A DNA stretch of 63,545 nt, the filler included, from Klebsormidium nitens (taxonomy: Eukaryota; Plantae; Klebsormidiophyceae): assembly GCA_000708835.1 (NCBI GenBank). It is 7 parts of 7 records of this genome, joined end to end, with 100 filler letters (N's around TTAATTAATTAA, not from the genome) between each part and the next. Parts side by side here need not be neighbours in the genome. Positions count along the whole stretch, not along the records: positions 12,955 to 37,079 come from DF237861.1; 6 more parts are not named here. One strand, 5' to 3'. Below the pieces are notes generated by a model. It saw only the letters and a program-made list of their open reading frames with translations, ran no database searches and was not told the DNA's origin. Within the stretch, counting starts at the first letter, position 1, and each line of letters opens with the position of its first letter. Positions 12,955 through 25,500 of this stretch are shown piece after piece. The position numbers and the translations under genes were made by a program.

Positions 12955-15247
12955 ACGGCGCCAAGAGCGGAACCCCAACTCCCATTAGCGTTGGATCTCC
13001 CCTCCCCCGCATCGAATCCTCCAAACCGTCTGTGTACAGCCCGAACAACAATGGACTAAGAGGACAACCCTGTTTGACTCCCGAGTTGCTTTGGAAGCTC
13101 TCTTCTGAGATCCAACCATCTCCCCTGACCCGGCAACGCACGTCGGTGTACATGCTCCGCACGCTCTGCAGCATTTTCACCCCCACTCCTAGTTCTTTCA
13201 GCCGTTGCCACAACTTATCTCTGGGCACCAGATCAAACGCTTTTCTGAAGTCGACAAAGCAAGCAAAGAGGTGCCGATCCCTACCTCGACCCCATTTTTC
13301 GATCAGGACACGCAGCGCAAGAAGATGATCTGTTGCTCGGAAACCTTTTCGAAACCCGGCCTGCCCTTTTGCCCGAATTGACCCTTTCTCGGCCCACTCC
13401 GTCAGCCTTCGATTGATGACAGTTGCAAACAGTTTGCCCAACACCGGCCCCACTGTCACCGTCCTGTAATTGCCATAATCTGACGGGTATCCTTTCTTGA
13501 AAATGGCAACGAGCACACCCTCGTTCCAATCCTCCGGAAACACGCCTTCTTCGAAAACCCGGTTAAAGACCGAGGTTAGGCCCGCCACAAGCTGCTTTTG
13601 CCCTGCCTTCAGCAGTTCAGCCGTAAAGCCTTTCAGATCAGCACTTTTTCCGTTCTTGAGGCACTTCAGAGCTGCTTCGACTTCGCCCTCTTTGATCGGA
13701 GCCTCCAGCACTTCGCTCCTTTCTCTTGTTTGCCTGACTCCTTCGCCACTTTCCGATGCACGCGTTGCACCCGCAAGAGGGACCTCCTCTACCTTCGACT
13801 GCTCATACAGATTTTGACAATGCTTAACAAGACCTTCCTTATGCACAAGACCTAGTCCTTGCCTTTTCTTTCGGAATTGCTTCCAAAACCGACCCGGACT
13901 GTTCAGGATTTGATCTTCCAACTTGGCTACGCGGTACTTGCTAAAAGCTCGTTTCTTCCTTCGCACAACCTTTCGATACTCCTTCTTCAGTAGACTGCTT
14001 AGATGCGAAGGACCGCCTGCTCTCGAAGCCTCTAAGAACTTTCTACGGGCCGTCCGACAATCAACATCAAACCAGGTCGGACTACAGCTATTCACAAAGT
14101 TTCTTCTAGATTGCGGCGTTGGAAACGCCGATATTGCAGCAGCTTCTATTGCTTCTTCTAGCATTACAGCTGCTTGCGAAGGACTCAGTGCTGCCGAGCT
14201 TTCCGCTAGAGAGTGCAGCTTTGCCGACGATGCCAACAACTCCTGGAAACGAGGGATTCCTCCTTCACGGACTCTTGGCAGTGTTTGCTTCGCCCTCTCC
14301 CCTTCAGCATAGCCTGTCCCTTGATCACTCCCCCAGCGTTTCTCGCAAAGATGAATGCTCAGCATCACGAGTCGATGATCAGACTCGGGCACTTCTTCGA
14401 AGACGCTGAGCATGTCTACATGCTTGACAAAAGAAGCTGGACAAAGAAAAAGGTCTACCAGACTGCTTCCGCCGCTTGCTGGAAAGCAAGTGGTCCTTCC
14501 TTCCCTATCTCCTCTCGCTCTCCCGTTCAAGATTCTACAATCTGTTGTTCTGCAGAACTCGAGAAGGACTCTCCCCGTTGCATTGACCACTTTATCTTGA
14601 GACGTTCTAGGCATTGTGCACTCTACTTCATTAAGGCACTCCGCATCTGGCGTCTGAGCAAGGAGATGAATGTCTCCAGAATCCAACCAATCAGGAAGAG
14701 ACCCCGTTCTAGCATTGAAATCTCCTGCGAGCAACACTTCTCCACTTTGCAGAGCTTCTCCTACTTCTTCCCTAAGCTGGTCAAAAGCCTCCTCTACTGA
14801 AGTTCCAGCTTGATGGTACCACGAAGACTGCCCCGGAGGAAGATAAACTAGGCAAAGAAAAAGATCCTTGCCCGCTGGCCCAAGACCAGGAAACTTCAGC
14901 CACATATGGCTTTCAGCTAGACCTGCCTTCCATTCAGTGACACCAAGGCTTGCCAATGCTTCTGAAACCAAAATTGCCAACCCTCCCGCGCCCCGCCAGG
15001 CGGCTTGATGCTTAAAACTACGAGGCTGCTCGAATGATTGAAATCCTGGAAGGTCGACAAGCTCTTCATTTGGTCTAGCCCAAGTTTCAGTCAAGAGAAT
15101 GACCTCCACCTCTAAGTCACAAGTTACTTTCGAAAGGACATCCGCCTTCTCTTCACTCCATCCCTGGCAATTCCAAAGGGAAAATCTCAAACCTTGCTTT
15201 GCTCCAGTACCTCTCCTCCCCTCCTCCCCATCACGGCTCCCGCACCC
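12955..15247 (-). CDS. LINE ORF2: AP endonuclease + reverse transcriptase (partial)
   Basis: EN motifs WNCQG, LTETW, GGLAILV, LAGDFNART, VDLFL, SDH. RT motifs NYRTVTV, QAGFRKG, FVDFRKAFD, GVKQGCPLSPLLF. No internal stops. Confidence 0.93.
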
Positions 15248-16156
15248 CTAGCTTTTGTTAGGAACCGGAGCAGCTCCATTTGCAGCTCCGCGCTTCAGTG
15301 CCACGTCATCGACTCTCACAACAGCGCCGTCGACAAAGAGCCTGCCCCCCATAATGCGTGCATGCTTCTTTTGAGCCCTGGCCTCTCGCATGAGCTTGAC
15401 CATGCTGTAATGCTGAGCTTGCTGGACAGGCGTTCTGTCTTCATCAACACCAATCCTGCACCCCTTAAGATTTGGCTTCCGCATCAGGATCTGCCGCCGT
15501 GCTTGTTCAGAAATGCAGCGCGCCAGGACCACCTGAGGCCGTCCATCTTCTCTGCGCTTACCAATTCTGGAAGCCGATTGGATCAGATCCTTGGCATTTG
15601 GCATTTTCATCTTCTCAGACACGAGCTGGATTACTTGTTCAAGCACAGGAGGCCCCTCTTGACTTTCTTCTAGACCGGTGATACGAAGCGTGCACCCACG
15701 TGACTTGCGCTCAACAGTTTCCCACACTCTCTCTTCCACCACCGCCGAGACTGTCCTCCTGACCTCCTCTACCACCTCCGCACTTTGCAGGGGTGCAGCT
15801 GACTGAATTGGAAACACCTTTTCCTGCACAACCTTCCCAAAGTTCTCCACCGTCTTTCCAAACTCGCCAGTCTGGCGGTCTAGCTTTGACATTTCAGTCC
15901 TTGCTTGAGCCAGTTCACTTTTCAGTCCCGCAATCTCCTCTGCCTGCGCGTCAATTCTTTGCTTTTGGTCATATATCTTGGTTTCCAGCGTCTGCCTCAT
16001 CTCTGTCATGGCTGCCTGCAGTGATTCTAGAGTCATTGGCTCTTTAGAGGCCACTGCTTCTGCGTAGGTAGCCATGACGCGCTGAACAAAACCAAGCGCC
16101 CTACTAGTATATATAGCACTTCTAGTATAGTACTCATCCGAGCTAGCCACCGTCAT
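15248..16156 (-). CDS. LINE ORF1: coiled coil + RRM-like + C-terminal domain (L1 ORF1p-like architecture)
   Basis: Heptad-rich N-terminus (LQAAMTEMRQTLETKI...LKSELAQARTEM), then TLRITGLEE...SRIGK...PQVVLARC...IGVDEDRT typical of LINE ORF1. The start may be ATG 16075 rather than 16156. Confidence 0.8.
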   Translation of the reverse strand: MTVASSDEYYTRSAIYTSRALGFVQRVMATYAEAVASKEPMTLESLQAAMTEMRQTLETKIYDQKQRIDAQAEEIAGLKSELAQARTEMSKLDRQTGEFGKTVENFGKVVQEKVFPIQSAAPLQSAEVVEEVRRTVSAVVEERVWETVERKSRGCTLRITGLEESQEGPPVLEQVIQLVSEKMKMPNAKDLIQSASRIGKRREDGRPQVVLARCISEQARRQILMRKPNLKGCRIGVDEDRTPVQQAQHYSMVKLMREARAQKKHARIMGGRLFVDGAVVRVDDVALKRGAANGAAPVPNKS

Positions 16157-16730
16157 GGCAGTACGTGGGACCGCCCAAGCAACGTACAGGCTATAGACAT
16201 ATATATTGATCTAGCTGCAGATCAACTCATGGTGCGGGCCGCCCGGTGCCTGCAAATCAAGGCATACCCCGCATGTTTGCATGAATGATGCCGCGTGCGG
16301 TACTATAATTAAAATAATTGTTGGACGTGCCAGACGCCAAGATTCGAGAACCGTACTTAGCACACATGGCATGCATGCTCCATGTGAGACAAAGATCGAG
16401 TAGCTAAAGTTGCATAAGGGGTCAGGACTTGCCAGGCCACGCTTTGGCAGACAAAATAAACGGGGATTCAGGTTGAACTTGACTTGTAGTATTGAATGTC
16501 AGCTTGATTTGCAGGGAAAGGGCGGCTTATTTCGCGTAATTGTAAATTGCATCCGACACGGCGTACAAGGAAGTGACGGCGCCTTTAGTAGGCAGACTCC
16601 ATGATGCTTGATTCTACGGAGAACCCTTCAAGGGATACCACTGAGACGTCAATGGAACGTTTGAGCTCCGGCATAAAAAATGGTCAACAAACACAGCGCT
16701 CTCTCGAGCGAGAACAACACCCAAAATTGT

Positions 16731-19700
16731 TCAAGCCACAGCGGCAGTGGAGTACATGTCCGCCTTGATGGCGAACACCTTGTTCAACACGTCCTCCACC
16801 ACCTGCAAGCAAAAGGATACATGTCAATCGAGCCACATTTTCGCCATCGCAATCGCCCATACTCCTGTTTTCCCTCCAAAATCAGGAATGCCACTTCGCA
16901 GCCGCCTTCAATAGGAGTCTACCTTTACAGATAGATAGAACGTTCTGGGAGTGAGAAGAGACTACCCCAGAGCAGATCGAAAAAGAACATGAATGTTAGC
17001 TCACCTTGTCCGGCGTGGAGGCTCCCGACGTGATGCCAATCTTGACAGGGCCGTCGGGCAGCCAGTTGTCCTTCTCTACAAGCTCGCCGTACTGCACGAG
17101 GGAGGAGTTTCTAAGATTTGGCGCCAGATGCGTCAAGTCTCGAGATCCGCAAGGAACCGACAGGTAAGGCGTAGCCCTATCAGGACTACAGATAGGACTG
17201 GAGTCTGCCTACTCCCAACTAAGGGGAGAAAGGCCCTTGCGCAAAAATAGCAGACTATTGAGATACAAAGCTGACGTTGTCCGATTGTCCATCGCCGACC
17301 TCTCAACCTGGACCTGGTGCTTCTTACTCCCTATCAACCCAGTAATATGGCAACTCACTGGAATCTGAAAAGTGAGAAATCAAGTAAACACATGTACGTC
17401 AAGCGAGATATCCAGGGAAAGCACAGCAGAACAATGCATCTCGTCACAATCCAAGTTAAAGACTCGCGGGGTTGGATTTTCACCAGGAGACGGTGCGCGA
17501 TCTTGTTGCCTGGCCCGACCCTGTCTGCGGAGTCAACCCAGAAGGAGGGGATGTTGCGCTGCTCCGCGATCTCCTGCAGGTGGCTCGTGTTGCTGCTGTT
17601 GTACCCGCCCACCACAATCATCATGTCCAGCGGCTCCTCCACCAGCTCGAACATCGCGTCCTGCCGCTCCTGCAAACGAAAATGTACAAAATTGAAGGTC
17701 AGGGAAGGACCAGAGAACCATGATGAGAATCAGCGCCGACTGACGCCCTAAAAACCCATCCCGAAGTCTCCGCTCCGCACCCGTACCCACGCTACCCCCA
17801 ACATTAAGCCTACCCTTTCTGCCGCTCCTGCAGCCAGCATGAGAGTAGAGTTGGCTGTTCTGCTCCCATTTCTTCCCCCTTTCTCCCCCATATTTGAGGA
17901 TCCCAAAATGATACACACCGACTTCGACGAGCACATGATGGCAGATCCGCGGCCAGGTCTTTCTCCGAAGTGCCCCTGTCTCTCTTCAAGTGCGGACTGA
18001 TCAGTACGAAATGGCTGATCGAGAGAAACGCAGACGGATTCAACCATTTGCCAACGGCGTCGATGAACTTGCAAAGCTGAAGTGATGCGAGACCTGCCGA
18101 ACAACATGCCCTCACTCTCACAATCAGCGTCGAGCTCGGAACAAGGGCTCAGAATGCTAACGTTAACCTTCTCCCTTGATTTTTGCTGAGAATTGTTTTC
18201 GAATTCCTTACTGCTAACCAATGTCATTAATCCTTAAAAGAATATGTTTTCTTAGGAGGAACTAGATGGGGGAGCGAGCTCACCTGCGTGGCGTCGCAGA
18301 TGGTGTTGAAGCTCATGAAGTGGTCGTTGACCTCCGCAGGGCCAAACTTCTGCATCATGGTCCGCTCAAGCAGCTTGCCTGCACACCACCGCAAGCAAAC
18401 TGGATCAGTCAGACATGAATCCTTCCTGCAGGTGCCTCAAGAGTGCCCTTAACTTTCAGTCCCAGGAACATCGGCGAAACAGCAGACAAAGACCTCCGCA
18501 AACCTTCTCGCATCATTTTTTGTTGGGCACAAAAACTAAAGCTGAGCATCCAAACACCACCTGGCGACAGCCACAATCGGCTCCATTGCGAGCGAGAAAA
18601 GGGACAATAAAGACTCCTATCTGCTGCACTTGATTGCGAAATAAGACAAGGAGGACAAATCCGAGCCGCTTTGAACAAACGTTTCGTCTTGCTTCAGAAG
18701 GGGCTTGGGCAACGACTCAGAAGCAGCTTCAGCGATTGGCCCCTATGCTCGCTGTCAACAAGTGCTTTCGTTCTAATTACGAAGAAGTATCCAACTGCAG
18801 TCCGACTTAATCCCCGAAATCCCGCATGCACGTTTGCTCACCGATGGCTTCGGTCTCGCCCTTGAGCATCGTGGTCTGGTTGGCGATCCCCAGACGGTCC
18901 AGGTCCGTGTCGGGATCGAAGTCCTTTGAGATGGCAAACTTGAACTTCTGCAGCCACACAGTTTGCCAATATGTTAACCTAGCTGGCCGAACCTCAGCCA
19001 AGGGCCTGGTGGCCCAACACAGGGAGGCGCGCACAGCGCAGAAACGCTCTGGCACACGGCGAAAAGATATGGGGGCATCAGATATCCCCGAATCTCAGTG
19101 AACACTGTCCTGGGACAGCGCTGGACCCATGTTCGAACCTAGTACCGCGTTTGACGTAGCAACGTGTATGAAAACCAAACACAAGGAAGCGAAGAGAGCT
19201 TCACGCGTCCGTAAGCTGAAATTTCTTTCGTTTAATCGCCTAGATTGAAGCCCTTTTAGCCTCCGGCAAAGCAGGTGGGCGCAGATGAGCACACTAAGTC
19301 CGGCCGCATTGTTGACATTAAGGATTGACTTCAGAGAACGCTTGAATTTAGTTTGCAGATGGCTGAGGTAAGGCTGAACGAGTTACCTCTAGGAACTCCT
19401 CCCGCGTGCCACTAGACCCGTCCAGCTTGCCTCCCAGGATGTAGTCACAAACGTAGTTAGCCTGCAAGCGTCACGGTCATGTCACCTCGTCAGCATGCAG
19501 GATGAGGTGCACAGGAAGAGAGTTGGTCAAAGTCCTCCGAAGACAAGCAAATAAAGCCAGGAGAGAAATTGCAACGTATTCATTTTCTTGGGATGAGAGA
19601 CTAGGACGGTCAAGGTGATTGTTAAAAGCTCCAGAAGGTTCACTGCCTTGTAGAAAGATTCCAGTGGAGCTTCAAAAGACGTTGGAAAAGTCGGAAGAAT

Positions 19701-21721
19701 TGTTGCCAGTCGATATGCAGTAGCACTGTCATGCTGATCCAGCTAGTTTAGTCCCAGTTCAATTCTCACCTCCGTCATGTTCTTGACAATGATGTATGTG
19801 CCAGCGAACGACGCTGTGGCGACTGTTTCCTCGTGGGAATACTTCCCATGGATGACTGATGTGTACGTCTTCACGCGGTGCTTCTCCACCGTGTTCCACA
19901 CCTGCAAGCAGCACGAATGATGTCACCAATATAACTTTATGCTTACAGCCGACTCTCAAAACTGAACGAACCATGTGCGCTGCAGCTGGAGAGTGCGTTG
20001 CTGCCAAAACCTCTGACACCAACTGTGTCTTGCTGCGTCGCACGGGGGTTGTGCTGGCCGCTTTGAGTGGTGCCCGACAATACCATGCAAAGTTCTGCCG
20101 CCGTGAGGCCAACTAGATTGAAGTTGTTTTGCCCCCATTCCAGCCACCCATCGCACAGGTATCCAAGTCTCACAATTCCCAACCTCCGGCGCTTGAGCAA
20201 CCAAATGCCACTTTAGCGAGAAAGAATCCAATGGCTAAATTCTGTTCTTTCCAAGCATCCTGACAAAGCCATCACATGGCCGCAGTGTCTACTCACCTTG
20301 GAGACCCAGGGGCAGGTGGTGTCTACCATCTTGACGCCCCTGTCTGACAGGAGCCGCATCTCCTGTACCGTGGCGCCAAATGCGGGCAGGATGACAACAT
20401 CCCCATCATCCACCACCGTGAAGTCCTTAACCTCGTTATCAACTGGGATGTACTGAATGTCCATGTCCTTGAGCTTGTTGTTTACGGTGGGGTTGTGGAT
20501 GATCTCATTCGTGATCCACATCTTCTGCTCCGGGTAGTGCTTTCTGGCCTCGTATGCCATCTGAACGGCGCGCTCGACGCCCCAGCAGAAGCCGTACGAC
20601 TTGGCCAGGCTGATGGTGACGTCGCCAATTGTGTACTCGTTGTTGTTCTCCTTCAGCTTTGTAATGAGGTCGCCTGTAGCGCAGAGGCAGGCGCAGAGTG
20701 TTGGAAACGGAGATGGCATGGGGCAAAGTCTCACACCCCACATCAGCTTGACAGCCTTCCGCTTGGATGCAGTTCAACATGAATGCAGAAGGGTGCATGA
20801 GCACAGAATCTTGGGTGCCCAATACCAGACGCAGCGGAAGCCCGCACAGCGACCTACTATCTATCTTACAAGAGGCATGAGAACGGGGGCACCGCAGTTG
20901 TGACGCAAGGGTGCGCCATCCTGCCAAGAGCAGGACAAGTGGCACACCAGGCATTGATGACTGCGCAATGCTGCTATCGGCATGTAGAATCGGGCCAAGT
21001 TTCACCATTGGAATCGATGAGTGGCTGCCACAATCATCTTTGAAAGTTGTGCCCTAGTGTTGTATGTACACAAACAAAAAACAGCACAATGCTGCGGGTC
21101 CCGCATTCGCCGGTTGGGATTTAGGGGCACCCTAAGAAAAGCTTTTTAGGGAGGCTTGGAAACAAGTTCAAGGAGGCGGCTCTTTTTGCCAAAAGACTTT
21201 GGCTTCCACATAAAAGTCCAGTGCAAAAGAGGTTGCCGCCCTGCCCTCCTTTTCGCAAACCAGTTGCCAGCAATTGGTTGAAATCTCGCATGACTGTGTT
21301 ACAAGGCTCTCTGCAGGGATCTCTGACGTGCAAGGTGCAAGAGAGTCCAGGAATTCTACTCACTTGTGTACTCTTGCGACATCTTCTCCAGCATCTCCTC
21401 CTTGTACCCAAACCCGTTCCTGTTGTAGTTCAGGTTCTTATTCAGGGCCCTCTTGAACGCCTTTGCATCAAACCTGCCCTCAGCAGCCGCCTCCGCTGCT
21501 TCTGTCCCCTGTGCCCTCGGCCCCATAGCCTGCGGTCTGTGCTCTAGCTGAGTGCATCTCCGACCACATCTCATTTTCATGGCCCCTGACAAGAAAGAGC
21601 AGGCCGCGCCTCTCGGAAGAAGCGCCGGGGCATGGGAGGCATCCTGAGAAGTGGGGAGGGAGCAATGGGGAAAGCAGCCTTGCGTGTACCCAACCTTGAC
21701 CGCGCTGGAAGACGCCATCAT
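16731..21721 (-). CDS. HDR: 4-hydroxy-3-methylbut-2-enyl diphosphate reductase (IspH/LytB), plastid-targeted; 9 exons
   Basis: Exons 21721-21364, 20673-20297, 19901-19770, 19461-19387, 18947-18842, 18378-18284, 17669-17483, 17091-17005, 16802-16731; all GT-AG and in frame. Motifs [51 protein letters not shown]. Transit-peptide-like N-terminus. Confidence 0.97.
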
Positions 21722-22576
21722 GCTGCCCCACTGTTTCAAAGCCCACCCTGTTCCCTAAATACAGCTAGCTGGTCTCAGCGCACCCTGGGCCTGGGCTTTG
21801 ATGTTTGATGTCAGTGAAGTTGCTTGTGACTCCGCAGTCGGACCTGTGCTGAATTCCTGGGAGAGACTAGACACAAGGTCAAGCCAGGTCCAAACCGAGC
21901 CGGGCAAACCGGTCCTTATCCCCGGTCCTCTCTCCAAGACCTGTTGGGACCGTCAAGTCACAAGTGCCCCGGCAGTGGACTGTGGAAGGGTAATTGCGCA
22001 GTACCGTATACGCGGCATCGGATCGAACGAGGCAAGGTGCCCGGTCCATTCCTCCGACTCGGTACGCTGTACTAACCTTGACCAATCAACCAGACCAGAC
22101 CAGAGTTCGACGCGAAGGAAGCAGATTCAGGTTTTGCTGCACCGTGCACGGTGCACGGCAAGAGGAAGTGAGGAGGCTCAGGTAGGTAGACAATCTTGTC
22201 TGCTTGTGGCTGGCGTCCAACGCGACACACTCATTCAAGCGAATGCAGCTGCACCTGACAAAAAGAGAGGAAATTGGGATGAGATTGAATCTTACAAAGG
22301 CTTTGTCGTAACATATGACCTAGCGCTTGAAAGATCTGAGCAAATCATCTTGCCTAGCAGCTTTTGAGACGGGTGGGTTTGATCCCGAGACATCTCCGCT
22401 TTGCATTTGAGCAAATCCATCACTCAAATTCCACCAAGATTTCTGTAGCATTCGCCGCTCTGTAGATGGTTGCCAGAAGAAGTTATGTGGCTGTAGCAAT
22501 AGGGTTTCAATAGTTGCATTGCTGCTCATCAAAAGCAGCTACAGGTCGGCGAGCAGACAATTGGTCAAGAAGCAAG
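21722..22576. promoter_or_regulatory. Shared upstream region of divergent HDR and delta-COP genes (candidate bidirectional promoter and 5' UTRs)
   Basis: The two start codons face away from each other, 855 bp apart. No specific cis-element was identified. Confidence 0.45.
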
Positions 22577-25500
22577 ATGGTGAGTGCGGCAAGTGCATAC
22601 TACAGCAATGTCTTTTGATAGCTCAAAAAGATGCTCATCTGCTCGGCTGAGGAAAGTGCATATCTACCTTTCATCGGTGAAGTCACATCGTATCCAGATG
22701 GGGCATCAACCAAGACAATAAGATTACTCTGTTCCATTATGCAGGTTGTCCTGGGAGCGTCTGTCATCAGCAAATCAGGCAAAGGTCAGTCTTGCATTTA
22801 GTATGCGCCTTGAGGGCGATTTTGATATCATCACCTGCTTTCATTATGCATTATGTTAAAGCTGGCCAGAGTTTGTCTTTTGCAATTCTTGTGCGCTTGC
22901 TGTTCCACTGAAAAAAAACCGTTTGGAAACTGTACCTTTGTTGGCAACCCCAGTGTTTGCTGGCGAGACACCTTAATCTCTTCTTTGTTGCAAGCAAAGT
23001 AGCTAACTGCTCAGTCAGTTGTTTCATTTATCCTACTTAATAGCTGCGTCTTCATGTCTTCTAAGTCAGTACACCTGAGCGCTTGATGACCAGAAATGCA
23101 CATATCAAGCAGATGAGCCGATTGGGGTGGTGGCAATCGCTTCAGTGTAATTATGGAAAGTTTGCAATAAAACTTACTCTGTTCTTGGAGTTTGGCCCAA
23201 AGCGCTGCTTCGACGAAAAATCAGGCTTAAGGACCAATTGATGCTCTCAGAATGAGCTCTAGTGTAAGGGGCAAGCTGCCAGTTGATGCGGGGATCTAGC
23301 CCTGTTCTGCCAAGTTTTGCAATCCGTGTCTTAGGACTGCTCAGCCATTTTGTTTTTAACAGGCCTTATGAATGTCAGCTGCCATGCAGTTGACAAGGCA
23401 TGGGACTTGGCAGGAATTTTACTGGATCCTAGGGTTATGCAGTGCAACTTTGGGTGTTCTGCAGTACTACTTACCTTTGCTGGCGGTGATAGGCGCCACA
23501 TTTTCCTGCAAGAGCTGTGGACATGGTCGATTCATGGGCCTGAAAACAGTTTGGCCCCATCCTTGCAGCGCTGGTTTTGCGCAACTATGTGGAGATGACG
23601 CGCATTCGGATCGAAGGCCTGCTGGCTGCCTTCCCCAAGCTAGTCGGGAGTGGGAAGCAGCACACGTATGTGGAGACAGAGAACGTGCGCTATGTGTACC
23701 AGCCAATGGAGGCGCTTTACCTGCTGCTTGTCACCAACAAGCAGAGCAACATCCTGGAGGATCTGGAGACGCTGCGCCTCATCTCCAAGATTGTGAGCGA
23801 TCCACATTAGAGACTATCCCCTTTCAGAATTGGAACCAAATTCTGTCGCCAAACATCGCTTGCCTCTTTTGCTTTGGGGGCACCCTCCTTGGCTGCCAGT
23901 GGACATGTTGTTCGCTTCCATGATTGACACCTTTCTAACTCCAGTGAGCTTGACGTTGTAGCGATCTATGACAGACCTGGCCACTCCGTTTTGTGTTGTA
24001 GGTTCCGGAGTACTGCCCTGCCCTGGACGAAGAGAGCGTGTCCCACAAGGCGTTTGAGCTGATCTTTGCATTTGATGAGATCATCTCATATCAGGGCCAC
24101 CGGGAACCTGTGACGTTGGGCCAGGTGAAGCAGTTTACGGACATGGACAGTCATGAAGAGAAGCTGCACAACATGATCATGCAGAGCAAGATAGCAGAGA
24201 CCAAGGACATCATGAAGAGGAAGGCCAACGAGATTGACAAAACCAAGGTGAGCCAAGGACTTGACTCTGTTGCAAAGATTGGTGATTAGTTCAGTCTTTT
24301 GGCTTATGGTAAAAAGCTGGGGGAACACCTCCCCTCTGAGCATGCAAACCTGGAGCACTCTAGGGCTTTCCCCAATGTCAAAAGCAGGCAACAGAGAGGG
24401 CGTGTCTGCATGTCAGCTCTACGAGTTCGCAATGTTGGTCGGATGATCGCCGTAGCTGCCTTGCCGCTTGTTGATGTTTACCCTCAGGCTGTCCGTGTCA
24501 CAGTGCAAACGTCGTTCCTCACTGCCTATTATTCCTGATTGCAGATTGACAAGCAGAAGATCGAGGCAGGCCCCAGGGGCTACGTCCCAGGGGGTCTCAC
24601 TGGTATCAGTGCGCAGTCTAACTTGGGCGGAGGCATGGGGATGGGAAGCGGCGGTTTTGGGGAGACCAACAATGGGAGCGCGTTTGGAAGTATCGCGAGC
24701 AACTACGGAGCCAGCGCCCCAGACGAGAAGGGTGAGCATGGGAATTCTCTATAGCGGTCAGCATTCGAAGAGTAACGATGCTCCTCATTTCTTGCATGTT
24801 GCTTCTCATCTTTGACTCCTAGCTTTCTGTATCTTGTAACCGTCGACAGCCTTGCTTGTATCACAATCCTGATTGTACGTTTGCTCCTTTGTCCGACCTC
24901 TGGTTGTGTGTTTGTGCTGCTGTAATCTTTGGAAAGTCCTCTTAACGCCAAGCACCGCCCCTGGCTATCATATCTGCGCTTTCTCTGATGCGTACGATTT
25001 GTTTTTGGTGCAGCGCGCGTGGCTGCGGCGCCCCCCAAGGGCAAGGGCATGAAGCTGGGCGGATCCTCCACCAAGAACCAGCTGCTCGAGTCCCTCAAGG
25101 CGGAGGGCGAGCTTATCGTGGAAGAACCCGCCGCTTACGGGACCGCTGCCGCTGCCGGCGGGCCCAAGGCCGGGCCGCCGGTCCCGACCGACCCGATCTC
25201 GATCATGATAGAGGAGAAGCTGAGCGTGGTGTTGCGGAAGGACGGGGGGATGGAGAACCTGGAGGTGCAGGGCACGATGGCGCTGCTGGTGGGCAAGGAC
25301 GAGGACGCCTACATCAGGGTCGTGGTGAGCACAGCGGGCAATCTTTTCCTTGGCTCAGGATGATGGGGGGTTTGATTTAGAAAGGCATGCGATCTGAGCT
25401 TGGTTATCGGACAACGACTTGCTGTGCTGGCGCTTGAGCGCAGACTGAGAGCGAGAGGGCGGACGCAGAGACTTTTATGCAGCCGTGGAACAGTCTCGCC

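Larger units (their letters stand above)
12955..16156 (-). mobile_element. APE-type non-LTR retrotransposon (LINE; RTE-X/CR1-L2-like group), 3' part lost in an assembly gap
   Basis: ORF1 followed by an ORF2 with endonuclease and reverse transcriptase motifs (see CDS entries). The sequence breaks at the N-gap just before the expected YADD motif. Confidence 0.92.
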
